DNA of 64,000 nt, taken from the IMG/VR virus record IMGVR_UViG_3300005934_000003. The stretch is one strand, 5' to 3'. The stretch comes from an uncultured virus (IMG/VR IMGVR_UViG_3300005934_000003) (Duplodnaviria; Heunggongvirae; Uroviricota; Caudoviricetes). This document shows, one piece after another, positions 1-9,188 of this stretch (the first letter of the stretch is position 1; each line of letters starts with the position of its first letter). A model generated the notes under the pieces. That model was given only the letters and a program-made list of their open reading frames with translations, ran no database searches and was not told where the DNA came from. The position numbers and the translations under genes are program-made.

Positions 1-284
1 GAAAACATATTGCTATCAATGATAACACAACGTTTAGGTTTTACAGTATTAATATCAATAACTTGTTTTCTAAATGTTAAATGCGGTGCCGACTTACCGT
101 GTTCGTGTACAAATCCTTGGATGACTGCAACATCACAATCGACGTATTCCTTGTTTTCAACAATCAACCCTTGATCACCACAAGCGTTAACACCAGAAAT
201 AAAATTCTTTAACATTACTGGTTTATTTGGGTTTTTATTGCCAGGTGGTATGCCCGCCAAAAATGACGCTACTTTATATTTCAT
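1..284 (-). CDS. Partial ORF (N-terminus only, runs off the window); probable capsular-polysaccharide-type glycosyltransferase-like protein
   Basis: Translated by hand: ATG at 284 (ATGA overlap with the upstream stop) gives MKYKVASFLAGIPPGNKNPNKPVMLKNFISGVNACGD...CDVAVIQG...CVIIDSNMF, open to the window edge; function inferred from the cluster context. Confidence 0.55.
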   Translation of the reverse strand, partial: MKYKVASFLAGIPPGNKNPNKPVMLKNFISGVNACGDQGLIVENKEYVDCDVAVIQGFVHEHGKSAPHLTFRKQVIDINTVKPKRCVIIDSNMF

Positions 285-1240
285 TGTACTTTACTCTTGA
301 TCTGATTCCAAAATCCTTCGGTTGCGTTAATACACTCATCTAGTGCTAACGGAAACTGAGGTGCTTGATCTATAATTGATGCAACATCATCGTCATCAAA
401 ATCTTTCATTGATTTGAGAAACATTGGTTGATGTTTGAACATATAGAACTTACTTGCCCACGGACTTACACAAATTACTTTCTTACCTAGTAGTGTTGCC
501 CAATATACTCCGTGGTAACTGTTTGTTAACACAACGTTTGCTGAACCAATTAGTTCAATTGTTTGTTCAACGTTGCTACCTGTGTTAATAAAACGTGGTA
601 CAGGTTTGCTTCCAAACTCTGTTCCTTTAATTAATTGTTTTTTGTGTTCGTAAAAGATAATATCGTTCTTAATAGGATATTTTTTTCTTAGTGCAGGGTG
701 CATACAACTAGCACAAGGTACCCATTGATAAGGTTGTTCGTCGACCACGTCTCTAATACCAACAAGATCAAACTCTCTTAAGAATTTTGGATAACGCACA
801 CCTGCTATCATAATATCCTTTTGCTGTGCTTTTTGATTGTTGTGACCGGCGCCCCATACAAATCTAGGAACACCACTTCGTTGAACCTTTGCTAGTGTGC
901 TTGTTACTAACTCTTTAAACTGTTCGTAAAATTGATTGTGTGCTTGTTTATATTTTGGATTAACTAATCTCCATTGATTGTCCCAACAGTTTTCTAGTTG
1001 AGCACCGTCGGGTGTCATTAAACATCTTTCAATGTTTTCGCCAAAGTGTTCATTGTTTAAAAGGCCACCGCCTCCAACAATAATCGGAACATCATCTGGG
1101 TATGCAACCTGTCCTAAAGTATCAATATCTGTTACTTCATATTCGTCGGGTTTTAAAAAATATTGTAACGGGTTTGATGCAATATCTCCCGTGTTATTTG
1201 GGTCTGTTCTGTGTATTACTACGAACTTTACTTTAGACAT
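281..1240 (-). CDS. Polysaccharide pyruvyl transferase family protein
   Basis: N-x-GD near the N-terminus, IIVGGGGLL, VGIRD, LTNSYHGVYWATLLGKKVI. Start moved from 1306 to 1240 (MSKVKF), which follows a GGAGGA Shine-Dalgarno. Confidence 0.7.
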   Translation of the reverse strand: MSKVKFVVIHRTDPNNTGDIASNPLQYFLKPDEYEVTDIDTLGQVAYPDDVPIIVGGGGLLNNEHFGENIERCLMTPDGAQLENCWDNQWRLVNPKYKQAHNQFYEQFKELVTSTLAKVQRSGVPRFVWGAGHNNQKAQQKDIMIAGVRYPKFLREFDLVGIRDVVDEQPYQWVPCASCMHPALRKKYPIKNDIIFYEHKKQLIKGTEFGSKPVPRFINTGSNVEQTIELIGSANVVLTNSYHGVYWATLLGKKVICVSPWASKFYMFKHQPMFLKSMKDFDDDDVASIIDQAPQFPLALDECINATEGFWNQIKSKVQ

Positions 1241-2027
1241 TTCTATCCTCCAATAGTATTTTATACGCTGTGCCATCTTTGAGTTCGTCAATGTGAAATT
1301 GGCCATATGCTAAATGACAGGCCCAATCATACACTAAATCGCTATCTGGATATTTAGGTGTTTCAATATCTGCCAAACTTTGCGATGTTAACAGTGATGC
1401 GGCGTTAGGTGCTAGTGTAAAAGCAGGTACTCCATAAAGTATTGCTTCGGTTGCCGCGATGCTTTGTAATGTTACAACTGCAAAAGTATCATCTAATTCA
1501 TCGTAAATTGTTTTTACAATGCGTTCGGGTCTACTTGCTTTTTCTCTTATTACAATTGGTCTGTCTGTGTGTTTCTTTAATTCGTTTACAATCCATTGAC
1601 GCCAGGTAGGCATATCAATATCATAAAACTTTGCTGGTTTTTCGCTAGGCATAACAACAAGAATGTTGCGGCCGTCCTTTTTCCAACTTGGTATTTTATA
1701 TTTTAATCTTTCCCATCTATCACTTGGACGTTTAACTATGTTATTATGTTGTAAATCATTTTTAACAATTCTATGAAACCACTTCCACCCGTTTGGATTG
1801 ATTGAACTTTTATAGTTTCCTAGATATCCACTGTCCATATAATAAAAATCTCTTTTATCTTTCCAGCACTGTTTCATTACTTTGTGTTTAAGTATTCCAC
1901 GTAATGCAATAGGTGTCGGTGCAGTTTTCTCGTAATCAAACTCCTTATCCGAGGTAGGTACTATGCCCGCACCTTCGGCAAACATATTAATATACTCATC
2001 GGTTCCGTTTTTACTTAAGAATATCAT
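1233..2027 (-). CDS. Capsule polysaccharide synthesis-like GT-B glycosyltransferase
   Basis: YMDSGY, TDRPIVIREK, VVTLQSIAATEAILYGVPAF; paralogous to 3598..4518. Confidence 0.6.
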   Translation of the reverse strand: MIFLSKNGTDEYINMFAEGAGIVPTSDKEFDYEKTAPTPIALRGILKHKVMKQCWKDKRDFYYMDSGYLGNYKSSINPNGWKWFHRIVKNDLQHNNIVKRPSDRWERLKYKIPSWKKDGRNILVVMPSEKPAKFYDIDMPTWRQWIVNELKKHTDRPIVIREKASRPERIVKTIYDELDDTFAVVTLQSIAATEAILYGVPAFTLAPNAASLLTSQSLADIETPKYPDSDLVYDWACHLAYGQFHIDELKDGTAYKILLEDRNV

Positions 2028-2763
2028 CTGTCTTTAAATACTTCCACCAATAAGGGTGCTTTTCAATTTCCTGTACCATTTCTTCTCTAGTATAAATTTT
2101 ACTTGTTTTTACTCTTTCCTGTCTTTCTTCCGGAAGTTTCTCTTCTGAAACAAATCCTGGATGATAGAAAAACATATTAATACCTCTAGACTCTAGTGTA
2201 AAAAATTTGTATCCGTAACCTTCTAATAATGTTTTATATTTTTGAAAACTTACTCCGTGAAACAAAGAAGTTTTTTCGTAACGACCTTTGCTCATATAAG
2301 GCATTGAATGTGAAACTTCCCAACCCCAACGTATATTAAATTCTAAACAACACGTTTTAGGTCTGAAACCTTTTGTAAGTAATTTAGACATAATTTCGTA
2401 ATCAAAACTATCAATATCTAAACTAAAAAAGTCAACATTATTATTATCAATAATTTCTAAATATTTGTCCACGTATTCAGGACGTATATATTCTTGATGA
2501 AACACAACATTTTCTGGAACTGCATATTGTTTTGCTAAATCCCAAGCATAAACTTTGTAACCTTTATTACGTGCTAGATTACTTGTACAGTTTTGTGCAA
2601 ATTCTAATTGCACACCTTTTTTACCTCTGTAATCTCTACCCCAACCAAACTCAACTGCTTCCTTGTTAGGATTTTTAATTGCATTTAGCATAACTTCGAT
2701 TACGCCATCTTCTCCTTGCTGACTGCACACAGACTTTTCATATGACAATTTAAATTTAAACAT
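2011..2763 (-). CDS. FkbM-like SAM-dependent methyltransferase
   Basis: SQQGEDGVI, VEFG, FFSLDIDSFDYEI, CLEFN, GINMFF. Confidence 0.65.
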   Translation of the reverse strand: MFKFKLSYEKSVCSQQGEDGVIEVMLNAIKNPNKEAVEFGWGRDYRGKKGVQLEFAQNCTSNLARNKGYKVYAWDLAKQYAVPENVVFHQEYIRPEYVDKYLEIIDNNNVDFFSLDIDSFDYEIMSKLLTKGFRPKTCCLEFNIRWGWEVSHSMPYMSKGRYEKTSLFHGVSFQKYKTLLEGYGYKFFTLESRGINMFFYHPGFVSEEKLPEERQERVKTSKIYTREEMVQEIEKHPYWWKYLKTDDILK

Positions 2764-3601
2764 TTTCTTCCCTCGTTCTAAAAAATCTATTTTTCTTTTC
2801 GATATCTTTTAATGGATTATCTGCACGTTTGATTTTTTGTTTATTATCAACACCTGTTTCTGCAAGTTCATCAACATAAGAGTCTATGTTGTTATCTAAT
2901 TTTCTTGCACCCTTAAAGTGTCTAAAGTAATCACCAAGCACTGTTTCTTTTAAAGGACTATGTGCTTTTCTAGTAGGATGTAAATCATTTACTTTGTGTC
3001 CGGCAGTTAAAACTTTCTGCACACACTCAGTAAATGCCCAAGTATCGTGTGGCTTTTTAAAACGTTGCCTGTCATCAATCTCACGTGATTCATATATGTA
3101 TTCGTAATGATCCATAAACATTTTTGCACCAGGATGTTTTTTATTAAACAGGTAAATGCAAGTTTCTGCATTTTCAGTTTCGTTGCCTTTCCATTTACCT
3201 TTGTTCATTGTAACACCCATATATGCTGTAAGTTCATTGTTAGGTAAAAGGCTATCTAAAAAATCGTGTGTAATAGGTTTATATGTGACACTATCTGCAT
3301 CTAAATAAACAATAACGTCACAGTCTATATTTTTATATGCACTAATAAAGGCGTATGTTTTATATGCCATTCCTCGTGTAAAATGATCACCGCGCCATTC
3401 TAAAAATTCTTTTAGTCCTGGACAATTTTCATATACATCTAATTCTTTTAAATTTTCTGCTTGTACAGGAAGTTTCATATCTTCTGTGTACACATACAAA
3501 GGTATATCCTTGGGCCAAAACTTTAAATATGTTTCGACCATTTTGTTTGCCATATTGTCATAATAAGGTTTATTAAATGTTGTTATTGCTATGTATTTCA
3601 T
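2756..3601 (-). CDS. GT-A fold glycosyltransferase
   Basis: IAITTFN, LYVYTED, VYLDADS (DxD), HDTW, HFKGARK. Start at 3601 (MKYIAI) forms an ATGA overlap with the stop of 3598..4518. Confidence 0.65.
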   Translation of the reverse strand: MKYIAITTFNKPYYDNMANKMVETYLKFWPKDIPLYVYTEDMKLPVQAENLKELDVYENCPGLKEFLEWRGDHFTRGMAYKTYAFISAYKNIDCDVIVYLDADSVTYKPITHDFLDSLLPNNELTAYMGVTMNKGKWKGNETENAETCIYLFNKKHPGAKMFMDHYEYIYESREIDDRQRFKKPHDTWAFTECVQKVLTAGHKVNDLHPTRKAHSPLKETVLGDYFRHFKGARKLDNNIDSYVDELAETGVDNKQKIKRADNPLKDIEKKNRFFRTREENV

Positions 3602-4518
3602 ATTTTTACCAACTCTTTTAAATGACTCCAAGTGTGTCCATAACGTTGTTCCTTTGAACTCCATTGTGTGTACGCAATATCATTTTGCCACTGTGTAATA
3701 TCAACATTGTAGTCTAGTTTTTCGATTTTACTAATATCCTTATGTGCAATAGGCCAAATCATACTTCCATCTTCCATTGCAAATGTAGGAATACCTTCAC
3801 AAACAGATTCAATAGCACTTAAACTATTATATGTAACAACACAGTAAGCACTTTCTAAATCTTTTTGTAATCCGTCTCCGCCTTGAGCACCACCTTGTGT
3901 AGTATTTTTGCTTATGGTAATGTTATCATACATTGTTGATATTCTACCTGCAACTTTTAAACCAGCGTTCATACCTCTTGGGTGCGGACGAATAACAATA
4001 GGTCTATCAGTATGCTGACGAATTTGACCAACAATATCACTTAACCAATCGAAGAATGTTTTACCTTGATCGTGTAATCTATTAAGCGAACTGTCTCCTA
4101 ACTTTTGTCCCATAATAAGAATATTATCACCTGGACTGTGCCAATCTTTAAATTTTATTTTTGTTTCTTTTTCGAACTTATTCCATCTATCTCGTGGACA
4201 ATTTTCATTACCAAAGATACCTTCTGTCCATTTGTAACTATACCAACCTATTCTTCTCCATTCTAAAAACTTTCTAAATGAAGCAGACTCTGTTACAATA
4301 AAAGGTTTACCTGAATCTAAGATAAACTGATAACCATTGTGAGGTTCATTTGCAATAAATTTAGGTTTAATTAAATTAGTTTGCAAATATATATCAGCAT
4401 CAAGCACCTTTGGATCGTCTTGATTTAATAATTGATAGGTATCTCCTAAAGAAGCAAAGCCTTTTTGTAAGCCTCTGAATCCTTTAAACGTACCTCTAAT
4501 TGCTATAACTTTGACCAT
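3598..4518 (-). CDS. Capsule polysaccharide synthesis-like GT-B glycosyltransferase
   Basis: ILIMGQKLGDSSL, TDRPIVIRPHPR, VVTYNSLSAIESVCEGIPTF, AYTQWS. Confidence 0.6.
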   Translation of the reverse strand: MVKVIAIRGTFKGFRGLQKGFASLGDTYQLLNQDDPKVLDADIYLQTNLIKPKFIANEPHNGYQFILDSGKPFIVTESASFRKFLEWRRIGWYSYKWTEGIFGNENCPRDRWNKFEKETKIKFKDWHSPGDNILIMGQKLGDSSLNRLHDQGKTFFDWLSDIVGQIRQHTDRPIVIRPHPRGMNAGLKVAGRISTMYDNITISKNTTQGGAQGGDGLQKDLESAYCVVTYNSLSAIESVCEGIPTFAMEDGSMIWPIAHKDISKIEKLDYNVDITQWQNDIAYTQWSSKEQRYGHTWSHLKELVKI

Positions 4519-5195
4519 TCTGTACCTGTTTTGTTAGCGGTGTTAATCCACAGGTCAGCGTAATCGACATTCTGACAGTTTTCAAACCACGGTCCACCTT
4601 CGGTGAAATGAATTGCTTTAGGTTTGCCATCGCGTGGCTCTTTGTACCAACCTTCTAACCAATTCCATTCGTGACTGATTTCTCCAATCTCTTTGTCATC
4701 TAACCAACTAAAGCGATGCATAAATTTTCCTGTTTCTTTATTAACCATACTAGGAATAACTTGTCTGTTGCTAGGATGACCGCAGTTCCATAATACCATT
4801 GAACTCCAATTCTTTCTAGGATATAATGTTTGTGCTTTGCCGTCCATCTTTGTACCTTCTTTAGGTGTGTAATCGTGATGAACACACATAACAGCATACT
4901 TGTCGTCTCGTTGTTTAAACAGTTTGTCGATATCGTCTAACCATAAAAAATCACAATCACAAAACACTGCCCAACCTTTATAATCCATTAGATATGGAAT
5001 AAGAAATCTTGTGAATGTAAATTCTGTTGAACCTAAAGTATCAATAGGTCTAGTGTAAATTCTTTTATCTCTTAGTTCTTGTAGTTTTAAAAGTTTAATA
5101 TCAACAGGTTCTTCTGTTGTATGTCTAATGCTGTACTCACAAACATCACTCGCGATTTTTTCTCTGGAATCGTAACCTATAAAGACAGTGTTCAT
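4503..5195 (-). CDS. GT-A glycosyltransferase (GT8-like)
   Basis: VFIGYDSRE, STEFTFTRF, FCDCDFL (DxD), YPRKNWSS, WNWL, HFTEGGPW. Confidence 0.75.
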   Translation of the reverse strand: MNTVFIGYDSREKIASDVCEYSIRHTTEEPVDIKLLKLQELRDKRIYTRPIDTLGSTEFTFTRFLIPYLMDYKGWAVFCDCDFLWLDDIDKLFKQRDDKYAVMCVHHDYTPKEGTKMDGKAQTLYPRKNWSSMVLWNCGHPSNRQVIPSMVNKETGKFMHRFSWLDDKEIGEISHEWNWLEGWYKEPRDGKPKAIHFTEGGPWFENCQNVDYADLWINTANKTGTEWSKL

Positions 5196-5992
5196 TATTT
5201 CCCTTCTTTCCCGTAATCTTTATCTACACCAATACGGTTAATATCTTCTTCGATGCAGTTATCACCGTATTGTATTTCGATAATTCTTAACGGTTTATCT
5301 GTTTTATTTTCTAATTGATGCCATTGACCTACACCTATGTTTAATTTATCAAACCTCTCAAGTGTATCCCATTCTTCTAAATCAGTTGAACCGTTGATAG
5401 TATTTACTGTTGCAGTACCTTCGCTTACAAACCATAGTTCGTTTCTATGTTTGTGTTTTTGCATACTCAACCGTTTGCCTGGATCAACTGTAAGTTCTTT
5501 TAATTTAACTTCGTTACCGACACCAAATAAAACTCTATAATAACCCCAAGGGCGTTCTGTTTTAGGATACTTGTATTCTTCTAGTATCCAACTGCTTGAA
5601 TTCTTTTTGTCTGTGCCACCAACACCAAACTCAAATGACAATCGTGGATGGAACATTTGTTCTTCAGGAATATTAGTTTTATCTCTATCTCCGCCATTAG
5701 CAAAGATCACAGGATCACCAGTTTTCCAAAATTCTAATGTTTTACGTATTGCATCACAGGCAGTATCATCACTGTCATCAAAAGCAATAACATCATCAAC
5801 TATTGATAAATTTTCGATTATTTCTGCACGTTCATTATAAGGCATAAATGGTTTGCCTTTTTTACGTGTTAACCAATCATCTGAATTAACACCAACAACT
5901 AGATAATCTCCTAGTTCTTTGGCCGCTTTGAAATATGCAATATGACCTGAATGTAATGGATCGAATCCGCCCGTAACTAATACTATTTTCAT
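5195..5992 (-). CDS. Cytidylyltransferase-like nucleotidyltransferase fused to a C-terminal mannose-6-phosphate-isomerase-type cupin
   Basis: TGGFDPLHSGH (HxGH), VGVNSD, FANGGDR; then RPWG, LSMQKHKHRNELW, WHQLEN, IIEIQYG. Confidence 0.8.
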   Translation of the reverse strand: MKIVLVTGGFDPLHSGHIAYFKAAKELGDYLVVGVNSDDWLTRKKGKPFMPYNERAEIIENLSIVDDVIAFDDSDDTACDAIRKTLEFWKTGDPVIFANGGDRDKTNIPEEQMFHPRLSFEFGVGGTDKKNSSSWILEEYKYPKTERPWGYYRVLFGVGNEVKLKELTVDPGKRLSMQKHKHRNELWFVSEGTATVNTINGSTDLEEWDTLERFDKLNIGVGQWHQLENKTDKPLRIIEIQYGDNCIEEDINRIGVDKDYGKEGK

Positions 5993-5997
5993 AGTAG

Positions 5998-6005
5998 TAT
6001 TTATG
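5998..6005 (-). promoter_or_regulatory. T4-type late promoter (CATAAATA) 5 nt upstream of the ATG at 5992; heads the glycan cluster
   Basis: Plus-strand tatttatg at 5998-6005; same geometry as many other sites in the window. Confidence 0.7.
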
Positions 6006-6028
6006 TGCGTATATTATTCGGAGTGAAA

Positions 6029-6706
6029 TTAAAGAGTGTTCTTGCTAAACACAGGCATAGTAAAATATTTTAGATTAACAATAGAACCGTTAATCATAAC
6101 GTCCATTGGTAATGCACCTTCCTGTTGTACAAATTTTGCAAGTCTTACAACACCTTTTGGTTTAATCATATATGCTGTTAGATTAGGAATAAAATTACGC
6201 TTCATATCAGAATATTCTAATATTGGAATACGACGCCCGGCACTATTTGTGTAAGATCCGTCTTTGTTGAAAATAACATCGGGTGCAAAAACACGTACAA
6301 GATTCCTTTCGTGATCTGCTTTTATACTTAAATGAAGTGCGTGTTCATATAAATCTGTAACATTACCCGGCAATGGTGCAATCATATACCCGTTGTAATC
6401 TACAATCAAGTATGGAATATTTTCTGTTACACACTTGGTCCAAACTTTCCAATGTGAAAGAAACCTTGCAACCGCTTCAGGATCTCGAGCGTGTACATCA
6501 AACATATTTGGAAAATGCATAAAATTCAAACTATTAAACAATGCTGTGGCATCATTAATACTAACATATTCTTCTGTTTCGTAGGGTATGTTAAATCTAT
6601 CCAAACTTTCCATAGCCTCGCGAGACAAGGTTTTATGTTCGTTGGTTAACTCTTGACCACGTTGTTTTTTTAGTTTTGTTAGTACTACTGCTTTATAGTT
6701 TTGCAT
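6029..6706 (-). CDS. GT25 (LPS biosynthesis)-like protein with an atypical acidic motif
   Basis: FLSHWKVWTKCV, TAYMIKPKG, LPMDVMI resemble GT25; LIVDYNG replaces the usual LEDD. Confidence 0.5.
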   Translation of the reverse strand: MQNYKAVVLTKLKKQRGQELTNEHKTLSREAMESLDRFNIPYETEEYVSINDATALFNSLNFMHFPNMFDVHARDPEAVARFLSHWKVWTKCVTENIPYLIVDYNGYMIAPLPGNVTDLYEHALHLSIKADHERNLVRVFAPDVIFNKDGSYTNSAGRRIPILEYSDMKRNFIPNLTAYMIKPKGVVRLAKFVQQEGALPMDVMINGSIVNLKYFTMPVFSKNTL

Positions 6707-6707
6707 A

Positions 6708-7373
6708 TCAATATTTACTCGCTATGAAATTACTTTGATATCCATTTGGATCTAGTAAACGTTCTTGTTTAGTTGTATAAGCAAACTCATCAAGTGATAT
6801 AGGATTTAATTTTAAATCTTTAATTACAAAATTATTTTTTATCAAAAATTTATATAGATCTATTGCGGTGTAGTTATATTCTTTGAAATGGATCTCTTGG
6901 CATTCAAAGTATATTGTATCTGTATTTTTTAGTGTATTAATGCACCCATATAATGCTAAAAGTTCTGCACCTTCTATATCCATTTTAATAAAATTGGGTG
7001 TTAGATTAAAACTATCAAGGGTACGTGTTTCTAACTTGATTTCTTGAAAATTTTCCATTCTTGAATGTTTTCGCAAACCACTCCATCCTGCTCTATCTAA
7101 GTCTTTATAAAAATTTACTTGATTATGATTATCAGAGATTGCGTAGTTGTAACAAAAAACATTATCTTTTTTTCTAAATCTGTTTTCTAAATGTATGTAA
7201 TGCTCTGGTAATGCTTCGAAGCAATGAAATGTTGCTTTAGGGAATGCATTTAGATATGGAACTAACCATTTGCCTTTCCTAGCACCAACGTCTAACATCA
7301 CCATATCCTTTGGTGCTGTTTGTAAAATATGTTCGTAAATTAAACGGGATTCTTCTTTTTTAAATTGAAGCAT
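6708..7373 (-). CDS. FkbM family methyltransferase
   Basis: LDVGARKG, HCFEALP, NYAISD, TRTLDS, FIKMDIEGAEL, IYFE. Confidence 0.85.
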   Translation of the reverse strand: MLQFKKEESRLIYEHILQTAPKDMVMLDVGARKGKWLVPYLNAFPKATFHCFEALPEHYIHLENRFRKKDNVFCYNYAISDNHNQVNFYKDLDRAGWSGLRKHSRMENFQEIKLETRTLDSFNLTPNFIKMDIEGAELLALYGCINTLKNTDTIYFECQEIHFKEYNYTAIDLYKFLIKNNFVIKDLKLNPISLDEFAYTTKQERLLDPNGYQSNFIASKY

Positions 7374-7818
7374 CTTCCATTCCTGCTACACGTAATTTAG
7401 TAATATTAGTTATCTGCCATTGCTTTTGATCTAAGCCTTTTAAGATTCCTAACCACTTATTACGTAGCAGTGCAAATTCGTTGATAATTTTTTCCATATC
7501 AACAACATCTGCTTCACCGTCTACGTATTTTTCTACGTCACGGCTGGATAATGCTCTTTGGTAAGATTCTAAATATTGTTTGAAAAATTTAGAACGCATT
7601 CTGCGTAGTTCGATGTTAAGGTATTCAAGAATAGCCTCAATCTCTTGCAACTGTCCAAAACGTTTTTCAACTATTCCTGGAAGGTTTGAAGCATTCTTTT
7701 CTAGATTGCCTTTCAACCCAGTTTCCACCCTTGCAAGATCTAGTTCGTTTTCGTACCAGACAATACAATCAGGAATGTTTGCAATATCTTGGGTTACCCT
7801 TGAATACCAATTAATCAT
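7360..7818 (-). CDS. uvsY: UvsY-like recombination mediator
   Basis: 152-aa helical protein downstream of uvsX; RALSSRDVEKYVDGE, LDQKQWQITNITKLR. Confidence 0.7.
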   Translation of the reverse strand: MINWYSRVTQDIANIPDCIVWYENELDLARVETGLKGNLEKNASNLPGIVEKRFGQLQEIEAILEYLNIELRRMRSKFFKQYLESYQRALSSRDVEKYVDGEADVVDMEKIINEFALLRNKWLGILKGLDQKQWQITNITKLRVAGMEDASI

Positions 7819-7821
7819 CTA

Positions 7822-8091
7822 TTACCACTCGTCGTCTTCTTGATCATCGGACCATTCAACATCGTCATCCTCATAACGCTCGTCGGTATCTGTAACACCT
7901 TGAACGTCTTTTACTGCTTCGTCCAAATAAGGATCAGCGTCTCCAAGTGCAAATAATACATCTTCTTCAACACCGTTATCTTGACACCAACGAATAAATC
8001 CGTGGGCGGCTTCTTCCTTATTGGTCTTAGGAATGTACTCTGTGATCATATCCCAAAAATCAATTAACTGTTCGTCACTCATCTCTAGCAT
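7822..8091 (-). CDS. Small acidic hypothetical protein
   Basis: Tightly packed between uvsX and uvsY; Asp/Glu-rich C-terminus. Confidence 0.6.
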   Translation of the reverse strand: MLEMSDEQLIDFWDMITEYIPKTNKEEAAHGFIRWCQDNGVEEDVLFALGDADPYLDEAVKDVQGVTDTDERYEDDDVEWSDDQEDDEW

Positions 8092-9178
8092 CAGTATCTT
8101 TATCCTCTACAATATTGTTTGAATCAGAGCCTTCTTGCTCTTCTTGATACTTATCAATATTGTCGGAAAAGTCCTTCATTATGAGATTAAGTTTTTCACC
8201 TGTCCAGTCCTTACGATAGTCTAAATGCTCAGTGCCTTTAGAATCAACATACTTGAGTCTATTGCCCTGTTGTTTTAGTAAACCGTGTTTCTCGAACAAG
8301 TCAACCAATCCACTGTATGGGTCCATACCTGTTTCATATGGTATTTTAACCTGTACACCTTCAAAAGGTTTTGCGTAACGTGTTTTCATTACCTTACAAG
8401 CGGCTCTGATACCACGCACATCTGTTACCTTTTTACCATCTTCATCTTCTTTAAGTTTCAATTTCTTCATAGCGATTACAATTGAACTTGCGTAGATAAA
8501 GCCTTGTCCACCACTGATCTTGTCATCTGGATCAAACATATCTTGTGATGCATAAGTGTGGTTAGTACATACCATACCAACGTTATAACTACCAAACATA
8601 TTAACACAGTTACGTACAAGTGCTGTAAGTGCCTTGGGTTTTCTACCCATATCACCTTTCAAATCACCTTTATCAAACTGGTCAACATCTGTGGGTGTTA
8701 ATAACATACCCAATGAGTCAATTACAAATAGTACCTTAGGTCTATCAGCAGGATCTTTTTCACCGTAATCTTCTCTATATTCTTTCATAAAGTTAGATAC
8801 AGTTTTTGCTACATCATCAATCATACTCATTGATAAACGTAACAATTTATCCTCACCGGTATCAACGCCAAGTGCCTGCAACCATTTTTCATCAAGTGCG
8901 TTCTCTGAGTCAATTAGAACTACAAAGATACCTTGATCTTGTGCTGACTTAACGATGTTACCAGAAGCAAAGTAAGATTTACCTGCTCCTGATTCACCTG
9001 CAAATACTGTAACCTTACCTAGTGGAACACCTTTATGAAAGTCTCCACTAATAAGATAGTTCAGTGCATAGTTACCTGTACTGACCCAATCAGTCGGATC
9101 GTTAAAACCAATACCTAATCCACTAATGGACTTGGTAAGACCTTTACGGAATTTAGATACATCGAACGGTTTCGCCAT
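8075..9178 (-). CDS. uvsX: UvsX RecA-like recombinase
   Basis: Walker A AGESGAGKS, LIDSENA, FVIDSLGML, NHTY, SGGQG. Confidence 0.92.
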   Translation of the reverse strand: MAKPFDVSKFRKGLTKSISGLGIGFNDPTDWVSTGNYALNYLISGDFHKGVPLGKVTVFAGESGAGKSYFASGNIVKSAQDQGIFVVLIDSENALDEKWLQALGVDTGEDKLLRLSMSMIDDVAKTVSNFMKEYREDYGEKDPADRPKVLFVIDSLGMLLTPTDVDQFDKGDLKGDMGRKPKALTALVRNCVNMFGSYNVGMVCTNHTYASQDMFDPDDKISGGQGFIYASSIVIAMKKLKLKEDEDGKKVTDVRGIRAACKVMKTRYAKPFEGVQVKIPYETGMDPYSGLVDLFEKHGLLKQQGNRLKYVDSKGTEHLDYRKDWTGEKLNLIMKDFSDNIDKYQEEQEGSDSNNIVEDKDTDARDE

Positions 9179-9188
9179 ATCTTACTCC

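Noticed and set aside
1241..1306. ORF-track N-terminal extensions (starts at 1306, 3664 and 23453)
   Set aside because: Downstream ATGs at 1240, 3601 and 23468 have an SD, ATGA coupling or promoter geometry, and avoid long overlaps
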